Assembly (NCBI GenBank): GCA_965222765.1
Contig: CBDCVG010000043.1
Coordinates: 33,053-97,052, forward strand
Source: Caldora sp.
Lineage (GTDB): Bacteria > Cyanobacteriota > Cyanobacteriia > Cyanobacteriales > Coleofasciculaceae
Direction of reading: 5' to 3'
Length of the DNA: 64,000 nt
Shown: piece after piece, positions 48,930-58,579 of the stretch
Layout of the letters: every line of letters starts with the position of its first letter
Numbering within the stretch: the first letter of the stretch is position 1
Translations under genes and position numbers: made by a program
Notes under the pieces: model-generated
Database searches by the model: none
The model's input: the letters and a program-made list of their open reading frames with translations, nothing else
What the model was told of the DNA's origin: nothing

Positions 48930-48958
48930 GGAGTATTTGCGATCGCACTTTAGCCGAC

Positions 48959-49981
48959 TTACCTACTCCCTAATAACGCACCAACAGAGCGCCCGATATT
49001 CCCTGGCTGCATCGCATCCATTGCGGCTGTGGGTTCATAACCACAATGCACCATACAGTCAGCACATTGGGGATTACCACTGGCACGACCATAGTTATCC
49101 CAGTTGGTTTCTTGTAGCAGTTCTTTGAAACTAGTATAATGCCCTTCATTCAAAAGATAGCAGGGCTTTTGCCAACCGAGGACACTGTAGCTAGGACTAC
49201 CCCAAGGAGTACATTCGTAGTCTTTCTCACCAATGAGAAAATCTAAGAACAGGGGATTGTGATTGAAGTTCCAGTGCTTTTTACCTGCCTTGAAGGGAGC
49301 CAGAATTTCCCGGAATAGAGCCTTTGTTTGTTCACGCTTGAGAAAATGTTCTTGATCCGGTGCCCACTCGTAACTATAACCAGGAGAAATCATCATCCCA
49401 TCAATATCTAAGGTATTGAGAAAGTCAAAGAAATCCTGCATTTGTTTGGGATCAGTTCCCTCAAAAATTGTGGTGTTGGTGGTGACCCGAAATCCCTTGG
49501 CTTTAGCTGCACGAATTGCTTGTACTGCCTTATCAAAAACCCCTTGGCGATCAACACATTTATCGTGTAAATCCCGCAAACCATCTAGGTGAACACTGAA
49601 GGTTAGGTAAGGAGAAGGTTGAAATTTATCCAGGCTCTTTTCTAACAACAAGCCATTGGTACAGAGGTAAACAAACTTCCGGCGCTCTACCAATCCCTTG
49701 ACAATTTCGTCAATTTGTGGGTGTAATAAGGGTTCTCCCCCAGGAATGGAGACAACGGGAGCGCCACACTCTTCAGCTGCGGTGAAGCACTCTTGTGGAG
49801 TCAAGTTACGTTTAAGTATATCTGTGGGATGCTGAATTTTGCCACAACCAGAACAGGCAAGATTACAGCGGAACAGGGGTTCTAACATTAAGACTAGGGG
49901 GAACTTTTTGCGTCCCATTAGCCGTTGAGTGACTAGGTATTTCCCGACTTCAAGAGCTTGTTGTAATTGAATTGCCATCAA
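48959..49981 (-). CDS. hpnH: Adenosylhopane synthase HpnH (radical SAM)
   Basis: [28 protein letters not shown] (CxxxCxxC) ... [13 protein letters not shown]. Closely matches the HpnH N-terminus. Confidence 0.85.
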   Translation of the reverse strand: MMAIQLQQALEVGKYLVTQRLMGRKKFPLVLMLEPLFRCNLACSGCGKIQHPTDILKRNLTPQECFTAAEECGAPVVSIPGGEPLLHPQIDEIVKGLVERRKFVYLCTNGLLLEKSLDKFQPSPYLTFSVHLDGLRDLHDKCVDRQGVFDKAVQAIRAAKAKGFRVTTNTTIFEGTDPKQMQDFFDFLNTLDIDGMMISPGYSYEWAPDQEHFLKREQTKALFREILAPFKAGKKHWNFNHNPLFLDFLIGEKDYECTPWGSPSYSVLGWQKPCYLLNEGHYTSFKELLQETNWDNYGRASGNPQCADCMVHCGYEPTAAMDAMQPGNIGRSVGALLGSR

Positions 49982-50016
49982 TATCTCCTCTCACCGTAAA
50001 TCTAAAATCTAAAATA

Positions 50017-50994
50017 TCAATGGTCTCCAAACCAATCCACTGCATCTTTTAGTGCTTTTGTCAAGTCAGATTGGGGTAAACCCAATTCTTTTACTGCCTT
50101 AGATGCATCATAATACATTAGTTGTTGAGACATCCGAACTCCATCTAAGGGGACGGAGGGTGGTTTACCCAAAGGAGCAAGCAGGTATTCATCAATCCAA
50201 GCAACAGTTAAGGGTAACCAAACCGGTACTGTTTGTTGAGGTGCTCTCATACCGGTTATTAGACCGAGTTGGTCAAGTATGGCTTTGAGGGTAAGGTTTT
50301 GGTTACCTAAAATGTAGCGTTCTCCCGATTTGCCCTTGTTTAAAGCTAGCAGGTGTCCCCAGGCTACATCTCGCACGTCAATGAAATTCAACCCCGTATC
50401 TACATAAAAAGGCATTTGTTGACGCAAGAAGCGCACAATAATGTCACCGGTGGGAGTTGGTTTAATGTCCCAGGGACCAATTGGACTGCTAGGATTAACA
50501 ATTACAATGTCTTGACCCGCTTGAGCTGCTTGCTTTGCCTCTTGTTCAGCAAGATATTTAGACTTTTTGTAGTGACCTACCAGTTGCTCTAGGGGACTTT
50601 GATGGGTTTCATCTACTACCTTACCAGCTTTACCTACCCCGATCGCAGCCACAGAACTAGTGTAAACAGTGCGCTCAATTCCAGCTTTACGAGCGCTCAA
50701 GAGTACATTGCGGGTTCCTAGGACATTATTGCGGTAGAGTGCCTCCCGGTCAGTCTGCCAGAGGGAATAATGAGCTGCGACATGGAAGAGTACTTGAGAA
50801 CCTTGCATCTGTTGGTAGAGGTTGGGATCATTCAATTCACCCTTAACTATTTCTACATCTAGATTCTGGAGGTTATCGAGTCGGCTAGTGGGACGCACAA
50901 GCGATCGCACCTGGTATCCTTCCTGTAGTAGTAAACGCACCAGGTTAGCACCAATAAATCCTGTGCTTCCCGTGACAAAGGCTCTTATTGACAT
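50017..50994 (-). CDS. hpnA: Hopanoid-associated NAD-dependent sugar epimerase/dehydratase HpnA
   Basis: AFVTGSTGFIGANLVRLLLQEGYQVRSLVR ... YKKSK (YxxxK). Adjacent to and upstream of hpnH. Confidence 0.8.
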   Translation of the reverse strand: MSIRAFVTGSTGFIGANLVRLLLQEGYQVRSLVRPTSRLDNLQNLDVEIVKGELNDPNLYQQMQGSQVLFHVAAHYSLWQTDREALYRNNVLGTRNVLLSARKAGIERTVYTSSVAAIGVGKAGKVVDETHQSPLEQLVGHYKKSKYLAEQEAKQAAQAGQDIVIVNPSSPIGPWDIKPTPTGDIIVRFLRQQMPFYVDTGLNFIDVRDVAWGHLLALNKGKSGERYILGNQNLTLKAILDQLGLITGMRAPQQTVPVWLPLTVAWIDEYLLAPLGKPPSVPLDGVRMSQQLMYYDASKAVKELGLPQSDLTKALKDAVDWFGDH

Positions 50995-51060
50995 TGTCCT
51001 TTGTTGTTTGTCCTTTGTTGTTTGTCCTTTGTTGTTTGTCCTTTGTTGTTTGTTGTTTGG
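50995..51060. repeat. 14-bp tandem (tgtcctttgttgtt x4) plus TGTTTGT units abutting the hpnA start codon
   Basis: Direct reading. Confidence 0.9.
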
Positions 51061-51311
51061 GAATTGGAGATGTCTCCCCTAGCTCCCTATCTCCCTAGTG
51101 CAGCGCGGCAGAAGTATAGTCATTCCAGTTTAGACTGATACAAACTTTTTGGTGTAAATCTTGCTGTAAAAGGTTTTCGACGGAAAGAAGTGTTTCATTC
51201 TTATGTGAAATGACTATAACTAACCAGTTTGAGATCGATAGAATCCTTACTCTATAAGCATTCTTAATTCTTAATTCTTCATTCTTAATTCCGCGCAGCG
51301 GTACTAGCTCC

Positions 51312-53903
51312 TTACTCCCCAGTTGCTGCAGGTGCAACCTTCCTGGCAGCCGGAGGGGCTGGGGGAGCTGCTATTGGTGCAGATTGAAATTTGGGAGCAG
51401 GAGCCGCAGGTGCCGGTGCCGGTGGTGCTGCTTTTTGTACTGGTGCGGAGTAGGTGCGTGCTGACTGCCTCGGAGCAGAGTAGGTGCGTGTTGACTGTCT
51501 GGGAGCAGAGTAGGTGCGTGCTGACTGTCTGGGAGCAGAGTAGGTAGGTGCGGAGTAGTTTCTTGCAGGTGCTCGGTAAGTAGAACGTCTTGCAGGTTGA
51601 GACTGGCTGTAACTTCTACCGCTACTACCTTGGTTGTAACTGCGATTGTAGTTACGGTTGTAATTACGATTATAGTTACGGTTGTAATTACGGTTGTAAT
51701 TGCGGTTTCCTCTATACTGCCTATTGGTTCCAGTATAATTTTGCTTGGGAACTGTAGGTGGTATATATTTTTTCACAATTTCCCGTTTGGGTTTTATGGG
51801 CTTTGCTTTAATATTGCCTTTGCGATTTTCTAGGTTATTGGGACGCTTAGGAAAATTCTCAACATTCAAGTCTTCTACTACCTGAACCATGAAATTACGC
51901 CAGGTATAGGCAGCAGTACTACTCGAACTCCAAGTAGGTTTGTTGTTATCGTTGCCTAGCCAAACCCCGGCTACTAGCTGAGGGATGTAGCCCACAAACC
52001 AGAGATCACGAACTTCATCAGTGGTGCCAGTTTTCCCAGCAACAGGTCGATTCAGTGCAGCCCCTCTACCTGTACCATAGTTAACTACTCCCTGTAACAT
52101 CCAGGTCATAATTGCAGCAGTGTCTTCCTCAAGCGCTCGCTGACTGTTTAAACTCTGCTCGTAAATTACATTGCCGTGCTGGTCAAGAATGCGCTTGATG
52201 CCGTAAGGTTCGGTGTGAATTCCTTTGGCTGCTAGAGTACCATAAGCACTAGTCATTTCTAGCAGATTTACCTCAGATGCTCCCAATGCCAGGGAGTAGG
52301 TAGACTGGAGCTCTGATTCAATACCCATTTTGTGGGCAATTTCAATAGTTGGGTCCCAACCAACTGAGATTAAGGCTTTGACGGCAACTATGTTGACGGA
52401 GTATTTTAGGGCCTCAATGATCGAAGTCCAACCCCGGAAAGTTTCAGTATAGTTTTTGGGTTTGTAGCCATCAACAATGTATTCAGAGTCGAGGTAACCT
52501 CGGTTAGGAGAGAAACCAGCTTCGATCGCAGTAGAGTAAACGAAGGTTTTGAAGGTAGATCCGGGCTGACGGTGAGATTGGGTAGCACGGTTTAAATAAT
52601 TATTACTTTCTAGGTCATTAAAATCTTTGCCCCCTACCATTGCCTTAATATGACCATTGCGTGGATCGATCGCTACTAGAGCTGCTTGATCAAATCCCTG
52701 GTAACTACCATAGTTGCTTACAGCATTTTTGATTGTTTTCTCCGCTGCTGTTTGCCACTCCCGATTGAGAGTCGTTTCTATAGTTAACCCCTTCACCTCC
52801 AGCACCGCTTTAGAGACTCGTTTAGGTAACTCCTGTTGAATGTACTCGGTAAAGTAACTTGCTTCACGCTCTAGTCGCTTCGGTTTACTTGGGTTAATCT
52901 TCAAGGGCGATGCGATCGCTTTTTTAGCTTCAGCCTCGGTAATAAACCCACTTTTTTGCATCCTTTCCAGTACTAGATTACGCCGCTCTTTGGCGAGCTT
53001 TTTATTGCTCACTTTTCCTTCTACCAAAGGCGAGTAAACACTAGGAGCAGGAGGCAAGCCAGCCAACATTGCCATTTCCGGTAGAGTCAGTTTTTCTACC
53101 GGTTTACTGAAATATACCCAAGCTGCATCAGCAACACCGTAGGCTCCAGAACCCAAATAGACTAGATTTAAGTAACGCTCCAGGATTTGCTCTTTGTCTA
53201 CATCATGCTCAATTTTTTGAGCAGTACGCATTTCCTTGAGTTTACGCGACCAACTAACCTCTTGGTTAAAGTAAACAATTCTAGCCAGCTGCTGGGTGAT
53301 GGTACTACCCCCTTCAACCACTTTCCCTGCTAGCAAATTAGCACCCGCAGCACGGACAATACCCTGGAAATCTACCCCATGATGTTCTTCAAAACGCTGA
53401 TCTTCGATCGCAATGAAGGCATCAATCAAGGTTTCGGGTACTTCCCAAATCTTCAGGGTTTCGTGAGTTGCTGGTCCGATTTGCTGTAATATAGTTCCGT
53501 CTGAGGCTTTGATGGTGATCGTGTCATCTCTGACATAAGTTAAGACATCTTCAGTAGAGTCAGGGACATTTTTCTCCAGGACATACAAACCCCAACCAAG
53601 TGCGATCGCACTGCTACTAACCCCCAGCCCCAGCCAAAACCAATAGCGGCGATGTAGTTTCAGCGGTCCGGTAAATGGCTGGGCAACATAACTAGAAGCA
53701 CGCTTGAGTCCTTTGACAGTAAGAGTCGCTCCCTGTTTGACTCGGTTCACTAACTTTTTAGCTGGTGAAGGTTGCTTCTTCTCTTCTTCTGGCTGCTCTG
53801 GTTGAACCTCAGTTTCAGAAACGTCTGGCGTTTCCCCTTCTGTAGATGCCACTGACTCAGATTCGCTAGATAGCTCTTTTTCCTTTGGGATGAAATTTGC
53901 CAA
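51312..53903 (-). CDS. mrcA: Class A penicillin-binding protein 1A (GT51 transglycosylase + transpeptidase) with long low-complexity C-terminal tail
   Basis: GT51 motif EDQRFEEHHGVD. TPase STFK. Tail has (NYNR)n and (YSAPRQSART)4 encoded by 12-bp and 30-bp tandem repeats at about 51466-51720. Confidence 0.85.
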   Translation of the reverse strand: MANFIPKEKELSSESESVASTEGETPDVSETEVQPEQPEEEKKQPSPAKKLVNRVKQGATLTVKGLKRASSYVAQPFTGPLKLHRRYWFWLGLGVSSSAIALGWGLYVLEKNVPDSTEDVLTYVRDDTITIKASDGTILQQIGPATHETLKIWEVPETLIDAFIAIEDQRFEEHHGVDFQGIVRAAGANLLAGKVVEGGSTITQQLARIVYFNQEVSWSRKLKEMRTAQKIEHDVDKEQILERYLNLVYLGSGAYGVADAAWVYFSKPVEKLTLPEMAMLAGLPPAPSVYSPLVEGKVSNKKLAKERRNLVLERMQKSGFITEAEAKKAIASPLKINPSKPKRLEREASYFTEYIQQELPKRVSKAVLEVKGLTIETTLNREWQTAAEKTIKNAVSNYGSYQGFDQAALVAIDPRNGHIKAMVGGKDFNDLESNNYLNRATQSHRQPGSTFKTFVYSTAIEAGFSPNRGYLDSEYIVDGYKPKNYTETFRGWTSIIEALKYSVNIVAVKALISVGWDPTIEIAHKMGIESELQSTYSLALGASEVNLLEMTSAYGTLAAKGIHTEPYGIKRILDQHGNVIYEQSLNSQRALEEDTAAIMTWMLQGVVNYGTGRGAALNRPVAGKTGTTDEVRDLWFVGYIPQLVAGVWLGNDNNKPTWSSSSTAAYTWRNFMVQVVEDLNVENFPKRPNNLENRKGNIKAKPIKPKREIVKKYIPPTVPKQNYTGTNRQYRGNRNYNRNYNRNYNRNYNRNYNRSYNQGSSGRSYSQSQPARRSTYRAPARNYSAPTYSAPRQSARTYSAPRQSTRTYSAPRQSARTYSAPVQKAAPPAPAPAAPAPKFQSAPIAAPPAPPAARKVAPAATGE

Positions 53904-54224
53904 CTTTTACTCCTCATACTAAATTGTGATTTAAAAATATTACTTCCTCTATTTCACAGCAACTCCTCCTCTACTCCTAATCAACTGATACAGGCGGTCA
54001 CCTGAAGGTAATTTGATATAAGTTATACCAGTAGCTGAGACTACTGTTTGCCTATTGTAAAGTTTCCGAGCAAGAGTTGCCCTTAATACCGATTTTCCTT
54101 TTGAACTTTATCCGAATCAGCTAAGAAATTGCAATGTTTAGAGCAAAAGAATGTACCCTTTGTAGGGTGTGTTAGCGAAGCGTAACGCACAGTCCGGCAG
54201 GTATTTTGATTTTCAGAGATTACC

Positions 54225-54522
54225 TAGGGCTTGCTGAATAAGTCGTAATTTTCGGGTTACCATAGGTGGTAGGTAAGATTAATGGTGGTAGAATGTTTGG
54301 TTGATGAGGCTCTCTTGAGCAGTGATAGGTACATTCATTTTCACCACACCCCACACCCTACACCCTGTCTCCTTTTTAGCTTTGTTGTCACCCCTTGAGA
54401 AATCGGGGTTTACGACCCCCGTTTTGAGCAAACCCCTAAAACCCTGTAGAGACGTTGCATGCAACGTCTCTACAGGATCGGACTTGTCTGGCATAGCTTC
54501 CACACTTATGCAGCAAGCCCTA
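54225..54522 (+). mobile_element. MITE-like element with 18-bp terminal inverted repeats and an internal 34-bp perfect palindrome
   Basis: TIR tagggcttgctgaataag (54225) / cttatgcagcaagcccta (54505). Palindrome cctgtagagacgttgcatgcaacgtctctacagg at 54443-54476. The head is identical to the element at 18227. Confidence 0.6.
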
Positions 54523-54692
54523 CCGAATATCCCTCTTCTGTCACTTTCCGAAATTCTGACGAAATTCCGTCATTACAGCTAACGACACCTAACGAGAGAA
54601 TCAAGGTTTGACCCCCATTTTTCGGAGTCTGACAGAAGAGGGATAAACTATCAGCTAATGCTCATTCAATTTATCAAGGTAATTCTTCCATT

Positions 54693-55550
54693 ATGAGAAG
54701 GGTAGCTACTTCATATTTAGTGTTCATGGCAACGGTCGTTGGGCTAGGAACGGCTACCATTGAGATTGGCAAGGCTGAGAGTTTAGCTGCCCTAGCAACC
54801 GAGGGAGGAGCTTCTTCGGAGACGAGTAATTACCTGATGGCTCAACTGTTTTATCCTCCAGTAACCGATCCATCAGCATTGAGGGTTCCAGGTAGGGGTC
54901 GAGCCAGTGAACCAGCCAACTTGGGGCGTCTTATCTTTGAATTTGAGGACAGCAATTTCCCAGAATCACTACCAGAAGGCACACTGTTCTACTCTGAGGT
55001 GGCGCAAAAACCACTCACCAAGGACAGCTTTGAGGCAATTGTTGATGCGCTGGTGGCAAGCGGTGTAACTACTGAGGCGATTGAGGTGAAAATCACATCA
55101 CCTCGCCCTAGCGTGTTGCCCTTTCCCTTTCCTTCGACTGGAACACCAGGAAGTGCCAAGATATTGGTCAAAGTCGAACAACCGACTCGTGAACGCTTAG
55201 AGCCGATTGTCACTACAATCAGCGAAGCTACTAGCAAGAATGATTCTCTCTCTATTTCAAGTGTAAATGTGCAGTATTTTGCCAAAGACTGTGAGGTTTT
55301 AGAAAGAGCCGCTTATCAGGCAGCAGTGCGAGATGCTCAAAACCGAGCTAGTGCTATTGCCGAGGCAATGGGAGCCACAATGAGAGGAGTTGGCTCGGTA
55401 GCAGAGCCGTTTTATAAAGTTTACTTTTCTGGATGCAACAATGATGCAAGCTTGCCTTTTGTGGGTGATGATACATCCCCTTATGATCCAGATGCTCCGA
55501 TGGAGATAGAGGTAAATAAGGAAATTTTTGTTACTTTTCCTGTGGAATAG
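54693..55550 (+). CDS. SIMPL-domain (DUF541) periplasmic protein
   Basis: Signal-anchor N-terminus. C-terminal segment ...AAYQAAVRDAQNRASAIAEAMGATMRGVGSVAE is typical of SIMPL/26-kDa periplasmic immunogenic proteins. Confidence 0.55.
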   Translation: MRRVATSYLVFMATVVGLGTATIEIGKAESLAALATEGGASSETSNYLMAQLFYPPVTDPSALRVPGRGRASEPANLGRLIFEFEDSNFPESLPEGTLFYSEVAQKPLTKDSFEAIVDALVASGVTTEAIEVKITSPRPSVLPFPFPSTGTPGSAKILVKVEQPTRERLEPIVTTISEATSKNDSLSISSVNVQYFAKDCEVLERAAYQAAVRDAQNRASAIAEAMGATMRGVGSVAEPFYKVYFSGCNNDASLPFVGDDTSPYDPDAPMEIEVNKEIFVTFPVE

Positions 55551-55582
55551 CTCGGTTATAAATCAAGTGAAAAATAAGTGCT

Positions 55583-56550
55583 ATGTCAGAAGCAAACGAC
55601 GAGATGTTTGAAAGCATCGAGCCAGAGGAGTTTAGCTCCGAAAGGGGATTAGATTATACGCGACTTTGTGATCTCTTAGCAGCAGGAAAGTGGGAAGAGG
55701 CTAATACCTAAACCTTCAATTTTATGCTCAAAGCGTTTGGTTACGAAGGAGAAGATGACTATTTTAGCTGTCTTCCGGGAGAAGCCCCACGTCCTACCCC
55801 GTAGGGGAGGCGTGGGATGAATCCCGGCCAGGCTCTAGACACTTGGGACAACTATTCGTGCTACAATTTAAGATAAACAAAGGTAACAAAGCCTAAAATG
55901 CTGGTTACCAATAACTGAACTTAGACAACTTGAAATATGGGGTTCCATCCAGTAAGTGTTCTTTTACTGAACTATCTGTGGGTGGGTAAAATTTCAACAG
56001 TACATAGATTGAAATAGTATGTGTGTATTGAAAAGGGGCGGTGGGGCATCCCGTCTCGTTAATAAAGCTCAGTTAATGTCCGACGGGATACCGGGAGTCG
56101 CTGAGAAGCCCACACTTACCCGATAGGGAAGTGTGGGAGTATGTCACAATAGAAGATATTCCCTGTACCGACCTACGCACGATTGATCAGCTTTGGGTAA
56201 AATACAGCGATGGTCACTTTGGTTTCAGCGTACAAAAACGCATCTGGGAAGAACTTGGTGGCAAAGTAGATGCTCAAACGGAGAATATGCTAGCAGAACG
56301 CATCGGTTGGAGCAAAGGAGGTAGGTGGTTGTATGCTTGCGATTTGACATTTTCTCTGGCTCTTAATGAAGGGTTTCTCCCATTGAAATATTACCCACTT
56401 AGTTTCCGTGTTACTTTTTCGCAGCGACTTGTGGACTGTGGCATAGAAGCGTTCCGACCTTCTGCTGATGATGCTTGTTCAATCTGTGCCAGTGCACGAT
56501 TGTTTGATCCGCATGGACAAACCGATTTTCCGTTAAACCACTGCAGTTAG
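55583..56550 (+). pseudogene. gun4-like (GUN4-domain, Ycf53-like) gene disrupted by an in-frame TAA (55709) and a 316-bp insertion (about 55775-56090)
   Basis: N-terminal part GLDYTRLCDLLAAGKWEEANT*TFNFMLKAFGYEGEDDYF. Downstream part DREVWEYVTIEDIPCTDLRTIDQLWVKYSDGHFGFSVQKRIW. The two halves are colinear with GUN4 domains but separated and out of register. Confidence 0.6.
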
Positions 56551-57472
56551 GGACAGTCGATTTGAGTAAACGATAGTCATCCGGCTGAACAAAGTTCAAC
56601 TCAAACCAAACAGCAATCTTTGCAATTAAACGACTGAGGAAAGACCAACGGAAGGGAGCATAGTATCGAAAGTTGATCCAAGTATTGTCCTGATCAATCG
56701 GGGTTAGGGTAACAAACAGCTTAGTCCCACCCCACCCAAAATCAAAAACAGATAGGTTAGGAAATAAAATCTCATTCTTGAATTCAAAGGAAAGTCCACC
56801 CTTCCGCTCACTCTTGAGAACACCTTGAGTTTTGATTTGATTGCCAGTCACCTGAGTTTCCAGGCAGTCAATACGCTTGACTGTCGCCATCCCTAACGAT
56901 TTAGCAATCCGATGGTGAGCAAAGGCAAAGTGATGAAGATCAATCAAGGCACTTTCGGCAGCACGGGTGAAATGAATATCCCACACTAATTCTTCATCTG
57001 CCCAACGACGGGGTTGATCCTTCAGTTCCGTAAACCAAGGAATTTCAACAGCTGCCGTTTGTTCATTCCCCCACCACAACCAAATCAATCCATGGGATTC
57101 TTCCACTTTGTAGGATTCAACCCGCATAGCTGGACTAATCTGAGCTCCTTTACCTTCACAGGGCATTAATACACAATGACCATTGGCTGCAAATTGAAAT
57201 CCATGGTAAGGACATTCCAGACAACTTTTCCCATTCTGAGTGGCAATTTTACCTAAGGCTAAGTCAACACCTCGATGAGGACAGTGACGACTTTGACAGA
57301 CAATCTTACCGTCAGCATCCCGCCAGAGTACCAGCTCCATCCCTAGGCGACGGATACCCAGGGGTTTAGATTGAACTTTATGGGATGCTGCGATCGCATA
57401 CCAAGCAACTGGAAATGTAGCTTCTAATGCTGGGAGATTATTAGTTTGAGGAGCTAGGGAAGATAAGACCAT
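56411..57472 (-). CDS. Rieske [2Fe-2S] non-haem-iron oxygenase (PAO/KshA-like alpha subunit)
   Basis: CPHRGVDLALG ... CPYHGF (CxH...CxxH Rieske box), followed by a catalytic domain with His/Asp ligand candidates. Confidence 0.75.
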   Translation of the reverse strand: MVLSSLAPQTNNLPALEATFPVAWYAIAASHKVQSKPLGIRRLGMELVLWRDADGKIVCQSRHCPHRGVDLALGKIATQNGKSCLECPYHGFQFAANGHCVLMPCEGKGAQISPAMRVESYKVEESHGLIWLWWGNEQTAAVEIPWFTELKDQPRRWADEELVWDIHFTRAAESALIDLHHFAFAHHRIAKSLGMATVKRIDCLETQVTGNQIKTQGVLKSERKGGLSFEFKNEILFPNLSVFDFGWGGTKLFVTLTPIDQDNTWINFRYYAPFRWSFLSRLIAKIAVWFELNFVQPDDYRLLKSTVPNCSGLTENRFVHADQTIVHWHRLNKHHQQKVGTLLCHSPQVAAKK

Positions 57473-57556
57473 AGGACTAAATCACAACAGTTGTTATCTA
57501 TTTACATCATAACAGTTGTTATAAACTAGGCAAGTACTTCATTTAAATTTGCAGAC

Positions 57557-58150
57557 ATGAGTGCTCTGGTAGATAAGCAAACTGAGTGGCGCTCGAAGGT
57601 GGCAACAGCAGCTTTAGGATTAATTAACCGTGAAGGATTGAAAGGAGCCAGTTTGCGAGCGATCGCCCGTGAACTTGACAGTACAACGGGAGTGTTAACC
57701 CACTACTTCCGTAACAAGGATGAATTATTGCTGTTTGTGCTGGAAACAATCATGATCCGTCTTGCTGAAATCATGATGCAAGCTGCAGATGGTACTCAAG
57801 GGTTGCAGCGCCTAAAGGTAATGATGTTGGGGATATTACCCACCACTCCTGAGCTAGTGACTATTTGGCGGGTTTGGTTAGCCTTTGTGGGAGCAGCACT
57901 GGGTGATAGTGGATTAGTCGAGGAGCACAAACGTCACTACGCTAACCTTAAAGCCTTTATTGGAGAAGAACTGGCTGTGTTGCAAGCAGGGGGTGAAATC
58001 AGTTCGGAGCTAGATCTAGATTTTGAAGCTGCTGCCTGGATTGCCACCTTTGATGGCATTGGCGTGAATATGATCGCTGCTCCCCAATCCTACTCACCTG
58101 AAGAGTTAGAAACTTTGGTCAGCCGATACTTGCAAACTTTAGAACCTTAA
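57557..58150 (+). CDS. TetR/AcrR-family transcriptional regulator (divergent from the Rieske oxygenase gene)
   Basis: HTH LKGASLRAIARELDSTTGVLTHYFRNKDEL. Confidence 0.8.
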   Translation: MSALVDKQTEWRSKVATAALGLINREGLKGASLRAIARELDSTTGVLTHYFRNKDELLLFVLETIMIRLAEIMMQAADGTQGLQRLKVMMLGILPTTPELVTIWRVWLAFVGAALGDSGLVEEHKRHYANLKAFIGEELAVLQAGGEISSELDLDFEAAAWIATFDGIGVNMIAAPQSYSPEELETLVSRYLQTLEP

Positions 58151-58325
58151 GGAACTGACTAAGCTATTCTGCATTTAAATTTTTTAAGTTAAACCCTTGT
58201 GATAAAGAATATGGGTTTCAAAAATCCTAATTTAAATGCGTTTTAACTCATTGATTAAAAGTAGGACATGCTAGTATTTATCCTAATTATTCATTGCACT
58301 TTTGTGCAATTATCAACTCCATCTT

Positions 58326-58443
58326 TTACAGGACTTACGCACTCAAGTGTCATGCTGAGGTGATAGAGAAGCATCACCGACCGTTTGGAGATCCTTCGCT
58401 ATTGCTCAGGATGACATAATTACGTGACGGTGCGTAAGTCCTA
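58326..58443 (-). repeat. Copy B of the approximately 105-bp dispersed element, here bounded by 13-bp inverted repeats (aggacttacgcac / gtgcgtaagtcct)
   Basis: Reverse complement aligns with 12290-12400. Confidence 0.75.
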
Positions 58444-58579
58444 TTTTAGTAAAAAATATAATCTCAAAGAACAGTTTGATTACTTAGTAATTTCGCTGAA
58501 AGTATTTTTTTAAAGATTCGGTAAAGATATTTATTCACCAGAGCTTTATTTCGAGCATTGATTGTATACTCATCAATAA

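Noticed and set aside
48517-48958. A 440-bp gene-free stretch between the AlbA_2 gene and hpnH was inspected for a tRNA/ncRNA
   Set aside because: No cloverleaf-compatible T-loop/GTTC-type sequence and no conserved ncRNA signature was recognised. Only the hairpin at 48897-48929 is reported.
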